A stretch of DNA of 64,000 bases, from positions 21,726-85,725 of the forward strand of contig QMMN01000002.1 in NCBI GenBank assembly GCA_003647275.1, written 5' to 3'. Made by a program: the position numbers and the translations under genes. Positions 49,914-59,398 of the stretch are shown piece after piece. Positions within the stretch are counted from its first letter, which is position 1. Every line of letters begins with the position of its first letter. This DNA comes from Deltaproteobacteria bacterium. Its GTDB lineage: Bacteria > Desulfobacterota > Desulfobacteria > Desulfobacterales > C00003060. A model generated the notes under the pieces. It saw only the letters and a list, made by a program, of their open reading frames with translations. It was not told the origin of the DNA and ran no database searches.

Positions 49914-51260
49914 ATGCATAAAAGTCACATTTTACTCATAGAAGATATGGATCAAGAAAGGGCTGCCTTGTCCGAGACCTTGAAGGGCTATGGATACAGG
50001 GTCACGGCTGTCAGCAATGGTGTCAACGCCCTGGAAAAACTCAAGGGTCAGGATTACGACCTTGTCATATCCGACCTTAAAATGCCGGAACTAGATGGTA
50101 TAGAATTATTAAGGAGGGTTAATGAAGAAGAAATCGCTGTCCCTGTCATCATCATTTCAGGATACGGAACGGTCGAATCTGCTGTTGAGGCCATGAAACT
50201 GGGCGCCTTTGACTTTATTTTGAAGCCTTTTGCACCAAAAGTCATGAACTCTGTTGTCGAGAGGGCGATTCGGTGTCGTGTATCTTCATCTCCTGGGACA
50301 GATTCAGGTCCAATGGAGCCTTTAATTATTACCAGGAATCGTCAAATGCTTGATCTGTTGGACTTGGCAAAGACTGTAGCCGACAGCAAGGCAGCCGTAT
50401 TGATTCAGGGAGAGAGCGGTACAGGAAAAGAACTCTTTGCTCGTTTCATTCACAACCAGAGTTCGAGGCGTAACAAAACTTTTGTGGCGGTCAACTGCGC
50501 AGCGCTTCCAGAAGGACTTTTAGAAAGCGAACTCTTTGGACACGAAAAGGGGGCCTTTACTGGGGCAGTTTCAAGAAAACTCGGCAAGTTTGAATTGGCC
50601 CGGGGTAGCACCATACTCTTAGACGAAATAAGCGAAATGAACATACAACTCCAAGCCAAGCTGCTTCGGGTATTGCAGGAGTCTGAGGTTGACAGGGTGG
50701 GTGGCCAGCATCCTATTCCTATTGACGTCCGCGTGATTGGGACGACGAACCAGGATATCGAGTCGGCCATAGAGGCAAAAAAGTTCCGGGCAGACCTTTA
50801 TTATCGCTTGAACGTCATACCGATCAGGCTACCACCCCTGCGGGACAGAAAGGATGATATACCCCTGTTAGCGGATTATTTTATTAAGAAATACAACAAG
50901 ATAGACGGTCGTGATGTCAAAGGGTTGACAAAAGATGCAGCCCAGACGCTCATGCGCATGCACTGGCCCGGCAACGTCAGGGAACTGGAAAATGTGATGG
51001 AGCGGGCCGTGCTTCTTTGTGGTGGGGATCTGATCGACAAAGATGCGCTTTTTGCAGGTGAGAGGCCCAAAGCCGTTGGGATGCCCGAGTCATCATCCAT
51101 ACCGGCCGGTTCCCTCAAGGAGATGGAAAAAAGGGTGATTTTGGAAACTCTGGATCAGACGAATGGAAATCGAACTCACGCTGCAGAAATTCTTGGCATT
51201 AGTGTGCGGACACTAAGGAACAAGTTGAACGAGTACCGAGAAAAGATGGAAATGCTTTGA
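49914..51260 (+). CDS. Sigma-54-dependent response regulator (NtrC family), second paralogue
   Basis: MHKSHILLIEDMDQERA..DLVISDLKMPELDG, GESGTGKELFA, ESELFGHEKGAFTGA, ILLDEIS, HTH SVRTLRNKLNEY. ATG 49914 is preferred; the ORF-track start at 49854 overlaps the upstream gene. Confidence 0.9.
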   Translation: MHKSHILLIEDMDQERAALSETLKGYGYRVTAVSNGVNALEKLKGQDYDLVISDLKMPELDGIELLRRVNEEEIAVPVIIISGYGTVESAVEAMKLGAFDFILKPFAPKVMNSVVERAIRCRVSSSPGTDSGPMEPLIITRNRQMLDLLDLAKTVADSKAAVLIQGESGTGKELFARFIHNQSSRRNKTFVAVNCAALPEGLLESELFGHEKGAFTGAVSRKLGKFELARGSTILLDEISEMNIQLQAKLLRVLQESEVDRVGGQHPIPIDVRVIGTTNQDIESAIEAKKFRADLYYRLNVIPIRLPPLRDRKDDIPLLADYFIKKYNKIDGRDVKGLTKDAAQTLMRMHWPGNVRELENVMERAVLLCGGDLIDKDALFAGERPKAVGMPESSSIPAGSLKEMEKRVILETLDQTNGNRTHAAEILGISVRTLRNKLNEYREKMEML

Positions 51261-51263
51261 TGA

Positions 51264-51279
51264 AGGCATACAAATTGCT
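51264..51279 (+). promoter_or_regulatory. Sigma-54 promoter candidate for the flgB operon
   Basis: AGGCATACAAATTGCT has GG at 51265-51266 and GC at 51277-51278 with a perfect TTGCT -12 element. The first base is A instead of T. It lies 4 nt after the activator stop and about 330 bp upstream of flgB. Confidence 0.5.
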
Positions 51280-51606
51280 AAGGATAATAATCACGAATGC
51301 CTGAAAATAAGAAAGCGTGAAAGGGACAAAGATTGATTGGGGAAAAAATGACAAATTCCAAAGCCCAAATGACAAACCAAGCTCAAGATTCAAATAGCAG
51401 AAAGTCTACAATGTTGAAGAACTTCCCGGCTTGGAGGAAGTTTTGGCATTTACCATTTGGATTTTTCCATTTGAACTTGTTTGATATCGTGTTCTTGAGA
51501 TTCGTTTATCAGGGGCTTGGTTCCTGCTTATCCTGGTTAAGCCGACCCATGATGCTGTCAGGATTATCGTTATCATCGGGATAAAATAGACAGGTAAGGT
51601 ACAATC

Positions 51607-51987
51607 ATGCCGATCAACTCGCTATTTGGGAAAACGTTTCATGCCATTGAGAGGTCTCTTGATATTACCAAAAAGCGACACGGCCTCTTAACCAGCAACA
51701 TTGCTAATCTGGACACGCCAAATTACAGGGCGAAAGACATCGATTTTAAAGATGCCTTGAAGGATGCTCTGGATGGCATATCGATTGATCTGTCTCGAAC
51801 AGATTCCCATCATTTTGGTTCTAAGACTTTTTATGCAGAGCCGTCTCTCAGTGAGAGCGGCTCGGTCGATATCGATATCGAGATGTCAAAGCTTGCGGAA
51901 AACAATTTACGATATCGGATGAGCGTAGAAGTGCTTTTGAGGAAATTGTCTATGCTAAAACAGGCCATTATTGAAGGAGGGCGATAG
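51607..51987 (+). CDS. flgB: Flagellar basal-body rod protein FlgB
   Basis: SLDITKKRHGLLTSNIANLDTPNYRAKDIDF..; C-terminus EMSKLAENNLRYRMSVEVL. Confidence 0.9.
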   Translation: MPINSLFGKTFHAIERSLDITKKRHGLLTSNIANLDTPNYRAKDIDFKDALKDALDGISIDLSRTDSHHFGSKTFYAEPSLSESGSVDIDIEMSKLAENNLRYRMSVEVLLRKLSMLKQAIIEGGR

Positions 51988-51988
51988 T

Positions 51989-52420
51989 ATGGATCTTTTG
52001 ACCGCACTTCATATCAGCACAACAGGCTTAACCACTCAGAGGATGCGTATGAATATCATTTCAACCAATCTTGCCAATATGTATACAACGCGTACCCAAA
52101 CAGGGGAGGCATACAGAAGGAAGATTGTTGTCATGGAGGCGGAACCGGTTGAAGACTTTGAGTCGACCTTAAGAGCCCAATCTGAATTACTGTATGGGGT
52201 CAGAGTGGGTGACATTGTGGAAGATACAACGCCCTTCAAAAGGGTGTATAGTCCGGGTCATCCTGATGCGGACGAGTCGGGTTATGTTTCTTTGCCTAAC
52301 GTAGACGTGATTACTGAAATGGCCGACATGTTGATTGCCAGAAGGTCTTATGAAGCAAACGTGACTGCCATTGGAGCAACCAAGGCAATGGCTTTAAAGG
52401 CTCTTGAGATTGGAAAGTGA
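51989..52420 (+). CDS. flgC: Flagellar basal-body rod protein FlgC
   Basis: MDLLTALHISTTGLTTQRMRMNIISTNLANMYTTRT..; C-terminus VDVITEMADMLIARRSYEANVTAI. Confidence 0.9.
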   Translation: MDLLTALHISTTGLTTQRMRMNIISTNLANMYTTRTQTGEAYRRKIVVMEAEPVEDFESTLRAQSELLYGVRVGDIVEDTTPFKRVYSPGHPDADESGYVSLPNVDVITEMADMLIARRSYEANVTAIGATKAMALKALEIGK

Positions 52421-52496
52421 GTTTACGGCGAATCCACCTCCATATAAACTCTCCCTTGCGAATGGGGGGCCAAGCTAGGCATGAAGGAGAAGAAAA

Positions 52497-52787
52497 ATGA
52501 GTGACTTAAGGGTCCTAGACAAATTGCATGTTGGTCGGTCTCCTGCAGACAGGAAAAATCGCACCAGCCCAGGGAACTTTGGTGATGTCATCAAACAGGC
52601 GATAAAACATGTCAGCGACATGGAAATACGAGCCGATCAATCTATTGAACAGCTCTTGAAAGGAGAGACCGGTATCCATGAGACCATGATAGCCCTTCAA
52701 AAATCCGATATTTCTCTTCGTCTTTTCCTTCAGGTTCGAAACAAAGTCATGGATGCCTATAGGGAAATTATGAGGATGCAATTCTGA
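52497..52787 (+). CDS. fliE: Flagellar hook-basal body complex protein FliE
   Basis: FGDVIKQAIKHVSDMEIRADQSIEQLLKGETGIHETMIALQKSDISLRLFLQVRNKVMDAYREIMRMQF. Confidence 0.9.
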   Translation: MSDLRVLDKLHVGRSPADRKNRTSPGNFGDVIKQAIKHVSDMEIRADQSIEQLLKGETGIHETMIALQKSDISLRLFLQVRNKVMDAYREIMRMQF

Positions 52788-52862
52788 TCGTGAATCATGA
52801 ATCAGAATATGGGAGCCCGATGCCAGTCAAAACATCCACAATTTGGCATAAGCAGACACAAA

Positions 52863-52890
52863 GTATCAGGTATCGGGTATCAGGTATCAG
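52863..52890 (+). repeat. Tandem heptamer array (GTATCRG x4) in the fliE-fliF spacer
   Basis: gtatcag gtatcgg gtatcag gtatcag, an exact 7-nt period. Confidence 0.85.
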
Positions 52891-52943
52891 ACGGAAACCA
52901 ATAATAACCTTCGAATAACGAACAACAAGGAGCCATAAAAACA

Positions 52944-54503
52944 ATGATTGAACAGTTCATCGCGGCGCTTAAGGCCATGCCGGTCTCAAAGAAAATCTCC
53001 ATGGCGATTATTCTGGCACTGGTGGTTGGGGGGTTTGCATTGATGTTTTTTTGGGCCAATCAGATTGATTATCAGACCCTGTACAGTAATCTTTCCCAGG
53101 AAGATGCAGCCAATATCGTCTCAAAACTAAAGGAGATGCGTATTCCATATAAACTTGAAGCTGGCGGTTCGCTCGTTATGGTTCCGGCAGAAAAGGTCTA
53201 TGAAACACGGCTCGCCTTGGCAGGTGACGGACTCCCGGCAGGGGGGAGTGTGGGGTTTGAAATCTTTGATCATACGGATTTCGGGACCACCGACTTTGTC
53301 CAGAGACTCAACTATCAAAGAGCCCTTCAGGGAGAACTGTCCCGGACCATCAGTGAATTTCGCGAGGTGGAGCACGCAAGAATCCTCATTGTGCTACCCA
53401 AGGATTCCTTATTTGTTGAAGATACTAATCCACCGTCAGCTTCGGTATTGCTAAAACTAAAATCAAGCCTGTCTTCAGAGAAAGTAGCAGGGATCGTCCA
53501 TCTTGTAGCAAGTGCTGTTGAAGGACTGACACCACAACAGGTTACAGTGGTCGATACGAGTGGCAAGGTGTTGTTCAAAGGGGCTAACCAAGGGGATCAG
53601 GCAGCGCTTCTTAGCAGTAACAATTTGGATTATCAACGCCAGGTAGAAGGAAAAATCGCAGGGCGTGTCCAAAGTATGCTGGAGGGTATTGTAGGCAAAG
53701 GCAAAGCCATTGTCCGTGTGAGTGCCGAGATCGATTTTGATCAAATCGACCTCAGTGAGGAAAAATATGATCCTGATAATGTAGTGGTCAGAAGCAGACA
53801 ACGCAGATTAGAGTCGTCTGAAAAAGGCGGAGGGAACGCATCAGCGGCTGCGGCCATGAGTCCTATGATGGCTGGTGTGCCTACCCAAAAAGCCGAAGGG
53901 ATCAAATCTCAAAAAGAGGATGAAGTTGTCAATTATGAAATTAACAAAGTCGTCCGACGAGTTATAAAACCCTCGGGCGTCGTGAAACGACTTTCTGTGG
54001 CAGCAGTGGTTGATGGAACCTACGAAGTCGTCACGGCTGAAGATGGGTCAATGACAAGAAAATATATTCCGAGAAGCCCAAAGGAATTGGAAGAGCTTGA
54101 GAAGATTGTCAAAAGAGCAATGGGCTTTAACGCTGATCGCGAGGATCAGGTCCATGTGAGTTGTTTGCCTTTTTCTGTTTCGGCCGGCATAGAAGAAATC
54201 CCGGATGAAACAGGGACCGATTGGCTGGCATACGCACGTCCGTACATTAAGCCGGCCATTAATTTTGCACTTGTGCTTATGGTCGTTCTTTTTGTGGTGC
54301 GGCCACTTTTAAGATCGGTCAAGGGGGTGGGGACATCGGTCGGGGTCCCAAAACAGTTATCCGCATCGTACGAGGAAATGGAGTCGGCCGCGCTGCCAGA
54401 ACCTGGGGCCAGGGATATCCGGGAGAAGACCAAGATGCTGGCACAAAAGAATGTTGATAAGGCTCAACAGGTGCTCAAGGGCTGGCTGAGTGAGGCGGAA
54501 TAA
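52944..54503 (+). CDS. fliF: Flagellar M-S ring protein FliF
   Basis: N-terminal transmembrane segment. YQTLYSNLSQEDAANIVSKLKEMRIPYKLEAGGSLVMVPAEKVYETRLALAGDGLP. C-terminal transmembrane segment. Confidence 0.9.
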   Translation: MIEQFIAALKAMPVSKKISMAIILALVVGGFALMFFWANQIDYQTLYSNLSQEDAANIVSKLKEMRIPYKLEAGGSLVMVPAEKVYETRLALAGDGLPAGGSVGFEIFDHTDFGTTDFVQRLNYQRALQGELSRTISEFREVEHARILIVLPKDSLFVEDTNPPSASVLLKLKSSLSSEKVAGIVHLVASAVEGLTPQQVTVVDTSGKVLFKGANQGDQAALLSSNNLDYQRQVEGKIAGRVQSMLEGIVGKGKAIVRVSAEIDFDQIDLSEEKYDPDNVVVRSRQRRLESSEKGGGNASAAAAMSPMMAGVPTQKAEGIKSQKEDEVVNYEINKVVRRVIKPSGVVKRLSVAAVVDGTYEVVTAEDGSMTRKYIPRSPKELEELEKIVKRAMGFNADREDQVHVSCLPFSVSAGIEEIPDETGTDWLAYARPYIKPAINFALVLMVVLFVVRPLLRSVKGVGTSVGVPKQLSASYEEMESAALPEPGARDIREKTKMLAQKNVDKAQQVLKGWLSEAE

Positions 54504-55522
54504 TGGCAGAGGGCAACTTAAAAAGGGGAAAATTGACGGGTCCTCAGAAGGCCGCAATATTTCTTTTGATGATGGGGGAAGAATATACTGCGCAGGTTTT
54601 TCAGAAATTGGGGCCAGAGGAAATCAGCAAGCTTGTCACCCATATGTCAGAAATTCAATACGTTCCCCCATATACCTTAACACAGATTATGGAGGAGTTT
54701 GTTGAGAATATTGAAGGCGATGGTCGATTACTGGTGGAAGGTGCATCTTTTCTAAAAAATGTGGTGGAGGGTGCCTTAGGTAAAGAACAAGCCAAAGCCA
54801 TCCACAGGCAGCTTGAAAAGAGCGGGAAGGACGTACCCTTTGGTTATTTTGAGAATATGGACAAAGGGATGGCCGTTAACATTATCAAAGGGGAACATCC
54901 TCAGACCATAGCCCTGATACTGGCACACTTGAAACCCAGCATAGCTGCTGAGATCCTTGCGGGCTTGCCAGAACAAATCCAGGCCAGCGTTGCAATGCGC
55001 ATCGGACAGATTGAGCAGGTACCCAGGGAAGTTGTCCACGAGGTGGACCAGGCGCTTCACAAGGAGGTTATGGGCCTGGGCGATTCTGGCGGTAAAGAAG
55101 TTGAAGGTGTATCGGCCCTTGCCGATATACTGAACGAAATAGAGAGGGGTACTGAAGAACAGATTCTGTCGTGGATTGAAGAGCAAAATGCAGACATGGC
55201 CGAGCAAATCAGGCAGCTGATGTTTATTTTTGAAGATCTCACAAAAGTGGATGATCGTGGTATGCGGGAGATCTTAAAACATGTGGATAGACAACAACTG
55301 GCTGTGGCCCTTAGGACGGCATCTGAAGAATTGAAAGAAAAGATCTTTGCCAACCTCTCAGAAAGGGCAGGTGAGATGCTTCGGGAGGACATGGAGGTTT
55401 TGGGTCCTCTGAGAATTTCTGAGGTCGAAGAAGCCCAGCAGAAAATCATCAGGATTGCCAGGCAACTTGAAGGTGAAGGGAAGATCATACTAGGAAAGGG
55501 GAAGGAGGATATCTTTGTCTAA
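54503..55522 (+). CDS. fliG: Flagellar motor switch protein FliG
   Basis: LTGPQKAAIFLLMMGEEYTAQVFQKL, LMFIFEDLTKVDDRGMREILK, LSERAGEMLREDME. The start overlaps the fliF stop (TAATG). Confidence 0.95.
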   Translation: MAEGNLKRGKLTGPQKAAIFLLMMGEEYTAQVFQKLGPEEISKLVTHMSEIQYVPPYTLTQIMEEFVENIEGDGRLLVEGASFLKNVVEGALGKEQAKAIHRQLEKSGKDVPFGYFENMDKGMAVNIIKGEHPQTIALILAHLKPSIAAEILAGLPEQIQASVAMRIGQIEQVPREVVHEVDQALHKEVMGLGDSGGKEVEGVSALADILNEIERGTEEQILSWIEEQNADMAEQIRQLMFIFEDLTKVDDRGMREILKHVDRQQLAVALRTASEELKEKIFANLSERAGEMLREDMEVLGPLRISEVEEAQQKIIRIARQLEGEGKIILGKGKEDIFV

Positions 55523-56276
55523 CACCGAAGCAGAGACTGGCACCCGGAATGAGACATCCGAAATTTTTGAAATGGAATCCTTTGATATGCCCGATGCCGG
55601 CTCAACTGCCAAGACACGTTCCAGCACCTTTGAGCCCTCCTATAGCGGCCACAGCGAAGATGACGCATTTCAATTTTGGACCTTTTCTGGTGACCGGGAG
55701 AAGGCCGAAGGGATTATAGATGAGGCCAAAAAAAAGGCGAGCTTGATTGAAAGTGAGGCCTACGAAAAAGGTTTTTCCCAAGGCGAAAAAGATGGCTTTG
55801 AAATGGGGACCAAGAAGATTGACAAGGTCTTGGATCGAATCCATGGCATCTGCAACGATATGGCCTCGTATAGACATACATTCATAGAGACATATGAAAA
55901 GGAGATGTTACGTTTGATCCGCGCTATTGCTGAAAAAGTTGTGCGAGGAGCAGTGGCCGTGGATAAACAGATTGTTCGGGAAACCATCCTTGAGGCCTTT
56001 AGCCTTGCTGCGGAGCGCATGGAGGTAACCATAAGCGTCAATCCCGAAGACGTTGAGTACGTGAAAGAAATAAGGCCAGACTTTTTTGATCGCATTAAGG
56101 AGTTAAAATCGATCACGATTAAGTCTGACCCGTCCATTTCCCGGGGTGGGTGTTTTATGGAAACGGCTTTTGGTCATGTAGATGCCCGCGTGGAAACCCA
56201 GCTGGAGAAAATAGCCAGGGCTGTTGAGAGGGCCTTTGAAGAAGGGCATGTGGTAACCGGAAATGGTGAATCGTGA
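55515..56276 (+). CDS. fliH: Flagellar assembly protein FliH
   Basis: It lies between fliG and fliI. EAYEKGFSQGEKDGFEMG motif, FliH/YscL-type C-terminus. TTG start overlapping the fliG end. Confidence 0.75.
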   Translation: MSNTEAETGTRNETSEIFEMESFDMPDAGSTAKTRSSTFEPSYSGHSEDDAFQFWTFSGDREKAEGIIDEAKKKASLIESEAYEKGFSQGEKDGFEMGTKKIDKVLDRIHGICNDMASYRHTFIETYEKEMLRLIRAIAEKVVRGAVAVDKQIVRETILEAFSLAAERMEVTISVNPEDVEYVKEIRPDFFDRIKELKSITIKSDPSISRGGCFMETAFGHVDARVETQLEKIARAVERAFEEGHVVTGNGES

Positions 56277-56287
56277 AACGTTATAGC

Positions 56288-56375
56288 GGTCATTAGTCAC
56301 TGGTCATTAGTCATTAGTGGGCTGTACATGACCAGTGGGCAGTGACCAATGACCAGTGACTAATGACTAATGACC
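56288..56375. repeat. Large dyad built from heptamer repeats (CATTAGT/ACTAATG, ATGACCA) in the fliH-fliI spacer
   Basis: ggtcattagtcattagt (56302-56318) is the exact reverse complement of actaatgactaatgacc (56359-56375). gtcactggtcat (56296-56307) pairs with atgaccagtgac (56349-56360). Confidence 0.8.
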
Positions 56376-57733
56376 AACATAGCGATTCCCGACTAATGAA
56401 TAACGACATGCGCTGGAATCACTATACAGATGCTGTAAACGCCTGCCAGTGCTTAACGGCTGAAGGTCGTGTCGTTAAGGTTGTTGGACTGATTGTGGAA
56501 GGACTTGGTCCGGGGAAGGGTGTGGGGAGCATTTGCGTTATTCACAATGCGGCCGGAGAGGAGGTTCGTGCTGAAGTTGTCGGCTTCAAGAACCACAGGA
56601 TTATTTTGATGCCGTACGGAGAAATGCGAGGCATCAGCCCTGGGTGTAAGATCACGTTGGTTGATGAACGCCCTTATGTCCCAGTCGGTGACGCTTTTCT
56701 AGGAAGGGTGGTCAATGGTTTGGGTGAACCTATTGATGGGAAGGGAGCAATCCCCTCAAACGTTCGATATCCCCTGTATGGCAATGTTGTGAATCCTATG
56801 GAGAGACGGCCTATCCGTGAAGTGGCGGACGTAGGTATCGGTGCGATCAATGCCTTCATAACGATTGGCAAGGGACAGCGAATGGCTATTATGGCCGGTT
56901 CGGGTGTTGGCAAAAGCGTGTTGATGGGAATGATAGTACGACACACCACGGCTGACGTAAGCGTCATCGCCCTGATTGGAGAGCGGGGACGTGAGGTCAA
57001 AGACTTTGTTGAACAAAATCTCGGCCAGGAGGGTCTTAAAAGATCGATTGTTGTGGCGGCAACATCGGATGTGTCTCCGTTGATAAGGATGCGTGGGGCC
57101 TACCTGGCAACTACCATTGCAGAATATTTCAGAGACCGAGGACTCGACGTCATTTTAGTTATGGACTCTATCTCAAGGTTTGCCATGTCTTGTAGGGACG
57201 TAGGTTTGGCCGCAGGAGAGCCGCCCACCGTAAAAGGATATACACCTTCATTCTTTTTTCAACTGCCCAAGCTTCTGGAACGCGCTGGCAGTATTGAGGG
57301 CAAGGGAAGTATCACCGGTATCTACACGGTCCTGGTCGAAGGGGATGATATAAACGATCCTGTGGGAGATGCTACACGAGCTATTGTAGACGGACATATC
57401 GTACTTTCGAGAAAACTGGCTAATCGTGGCCATTATCCGGCCATAGATGTGCTTGCGAGCGTCAGCAGGGTTATGCGAGATGTCGTGGACCCTGAGCACT
57501 TAAAACTTGCCGAGAAGATTAGAGACATCATGGCGACCTATAGTGATGCCGAGGACCTCATCGCTATCGGGGCATATGTGGATGGAAGTGATCCAAAGAT
57601 AGATTATGCCAAAAGTATGATTGACAAGATCAATGCCTTTTTAAAGCAGGATGTTTCCGAGCAAGTATCATTTCGCGTTGGGATAAACAGGGTAAAGGAG
57701 ATGCTTCAAGGCCCCGATCATGAAAAGGTTTAA
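56363..57733 (+). CDS. fliI: Flagellum-specific ATP synthase FliI
   Basis: Walker A GSGVGKSVLMGMI, Walker B DVILVMDSISRFA, plus GSITGIYTVLVEGDD. The start is uncertain (ATG 56363, 56396 or 56408). The first candidate lies inside the dyad repeat. Confidence 0.9.
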   Translation: MTNDQHSDSRLMNNDMRWNHYTDAVNACQCLTAEGRVVKVVGLIVEGLGPGKGVGSICVIHNAAGEEVRAEVVGFKNHRIILMPYGEMRGISPGCKITLVDERPYVPVGDAFLGRVVNGLGEPIDGKGAIPSNVRYPLYGNVVNPMERRPIREVADVGIGAINAFITIGKGQRMAIMAGSGVGKSVLMGMIVRHTTADVSVIALIGERGREVKDFVEQNLGQEGLKRSIVVAATSDVSPLIRMRGAYLATTIAEYFRDRGLDVILVMDSISRFAMSCRDVGLAAGEPPTVKGYTPSFFFQLPKLLERAGSIEGKGSITGIYTVLVEGDDINDPVGDATRAIVDGHIVLSRKLANRGHYPAIDVLASVSRVMRDVVDPEHLKLAEKIRDIMATYSDAEDLIAIGAYVDGSDPKIDYAKSMIDKINAFLKQDVSEQVSFRVGINRVKEMLQGPDHEKV

Positions 57734-58172
57734 GTTCAGACTCGATCCTGTGATTCGGTATCGACAGTATCTTGAACGGATTGCCCGGATCGAGTTGGCC
57801 AGAGACAAACAAGCACTGATTGAAAGTAAAAATAGGATTCGGGAGATCAAGCAAGCCCGGCGGAACACTGCCCGTGAGCTTGACCGGGAGCAGGCGCAAG
57901 GGATTGAAGTTGATCGCTATCGGGTCTTTACAGGCTATTTACAAGGGTTGCTCCACGAGATTGAATCTGAAAGTGAACGCTTGGTTGAGATTGGCGTTAG
58001 GATAAGGCAAAAGCAGGAGGCGGTTAAGGCTGAGACGATAAAGAAGAAAACCCTAGAGTGGCTTAAGCAAACCGAATATAATAAATATTTGGAATGGATT
58101 AACCGGGCAGAACAGAAAGCAGCAGATGATCTGAGCGGGCTGCGGAGAAAATCAGTAAGCAGTAGGCAGTAG
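57720..58172 (+). CDS. fliJ: Flagellar export protein FliJ
   Basis: MKRFKFRLDPVIRYRQYLERIARIELARDKQALIESKNRIREIKQ. Coiled coil, position after fliI, overlaps the fliI end. Confidence 0.8.
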   Translation: MKRFKFRLDPVIRYRQYLERIARIELARDKQALIESKNRIREIKQARRNTARELDREQAQGIEVDRYRVFTGYLQGLLHEIESESERLVEIGVRIRQKQEAVKAETIKKKTLEWLKQTEYNKYLEWINRAEQKAADDLSGLRRKSVSSRQ

Positions 58173-58187
58173 GCAGTACGCAGTTTA
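58153..58187 (+). repeat. Tandem heptamer array (CAGTARG x5) spanning the fliJ stop codon
   Basis: cagtaag cagtagg cagtagg cagtacg cagttta. The fliJ TAG at 58170-58172 lies inside the third unit. Confidence 0.85.
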
Positions 58188-58215
58188 CATGCCACCGTAA
58201 TCTGGCAGAAAAAAC

Positions 58216-58836
58216 ATGAACTTTAGAACGAAACATGTAAAACCTTATCTACTGGCAACCCTGTTGTGCTTTTTGATTTTAAAACTTGTGCTTGGGGCTA
58301 TGCTCCTGTACATCAAAGGACCTGTGTTGTCCGTGCCTGGGTTAGATAGCAGGCCAGCTTTGGCTGAAGATGCCGGTCGAGGCACGTCGAAGGGACCTTC
58401 GGACCAGGATCCCCTTCTTCCATCACGGCCGTCTTTGAATTCCCAAAACGTGAGCGCGAGCTTAAAAATTCTTGAACGCAGGCGTGCTGAGATAGAAATG
58501 GAAAGACGGCAACTTGAAAGTGAGCGTAAACAATTAACAGCCCTCAAGGAGGAAATTGAGGCAAAGCTTGTCCAGCTATCAAAAATTCAGGATAGCATCC
58601 AGAGCAAGCTTGAAACACAAGAGACGATTCGTAATGATAAGATCAAGCATCTCATCAAGATATATACGACCATGGCTCCCAAAAAGGCCGCTGCCCTTAT
58701 AGAAAAACTTGACATGGAGGTCATTATAGAATTGTTTTCAAAGATGAAAGGGGAAAATGTCGGGAAGATACTTCCCTATGTGTCGGCTGAAAAGGCGGCC
58801 AGGATCAGTGAACGCCTTGCCAATTTCAATGATTAA
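58216..58836 (+). CDS. MotE/YlxF-like flagellar protein (MgtE_N-type domain)
   Basis: N-terminal transmembrane segment and a coiled coil. C-terminus: MAPKKAAALIEKLDMEVIIELFSKMKGENVGKILPYVSAEKAARISERL. It occupies the same position (after fliJ, before fliK) as ylxF in the B. subtilis fla/che operon. Confidence 0.7.
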   Translation: MNFRTKHVKPYLLATLLCFLILKLVLGAMLLYIKGPVLSVPGLDSRPALAEDAGRGTSKGPSDQDPLLPSRPSLNSQNVSASLKILERRRAEIEMERRQLESERKQLTALKEEIEAKLVQLSKIQDSIQSKLETQETIRNDKIKHLIKIYTTMAPKKAAALIEKLDMEVIIELFSKMKGENVGKILPYVSAEKAARISERLANFND

Positions 58837-58848
58837 GGTGCGTAGCAC

Positions 58849-58905
58849 AAAGGGCATAGGGCAAATAGAGTTTGAGTCTTGCGCATGCTCTATGCTATGC
58901 CCTTT
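58849..58905. terminator. Long hairpin between convergent genes (possible bidirectional terminator)
   Basis: aaagggcatag (58849-58859) pairs with ctatgcccttt (58895-58905). An inner pair is atagag (58865-58870) with ctctat (58888-58893). There is no clear U-run. Confidence 0.4.
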
Positions 58906-59398
58906 ACGGTTGTGTTACCTTCTCAATATTTATATTATAGGTGCTCTGCGATTTAGCGGGGAGGCTGGTTTCTGGCTCGGGGGCCAGACGTGTACCATAT
59001 ACAATGCTTTCATGTCCATGGTCGTCGACTATCCTTTTCACCGGTATGCTATTGACCATTTGCATGATCACCTCATCTGAAAAGCCCGCCTTTTTTAACA
59101 TCTCTATTTGTTCAATGGACAGCTCAGCTTTCTTGGGGTTCTTATAACGATCTGCCAAAATGACCGATTTCAGCATCGCGTCATTTGCCCCGGCACTTTT
59201 GAGTTTTATCAGAGACTCACCGGTTATGGAACAGGTTTGTTCCGCGATCAACATTTGAATCACACTATCACTGATCTTTGCGCTTTTCATCCTTCTGATG
59301 TCATCAGGGCCAACCAATGAGTTCATGGCCAAAACCAGCCCGGAAAAGATAAGCGTTATACCTACCACGCAGAGCCAGAGGATAATGATTCTTTTCAT
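58904..59398 (-). CDS. Small secreted or membrane-anchored protein with three copies of a repeat of about 18 aa (unknown family)
   Basis: MKRIIILWLCVVGITLIFSGLVLA is signal- or anchor-like. Repeats are IRRMKSAKISDSVIQMLI, LIKLKSAGANDAMLKSVI and IEMLKKAGFSDEVIMQMV. The RBS GAGGGGG precedes ATG 59398, which is preferred over the ORF-track start at 59425. Confidence 0.6.
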   Translation of the reverse strand: MKRIIILWLCVVGITLIFSGLVLAMNSLVGPDDIRRMKSAKISDSVIQMLIAEQTCSITGESLIKLKSAGANDAMLKSVILADRYKNPKKAELSIEQIEMLKKAGFSDEVIMQMVNSIPVKRIVDDHGHESIVYGTRLAPEPETSLPAKSQSTYNINIEKVTQP

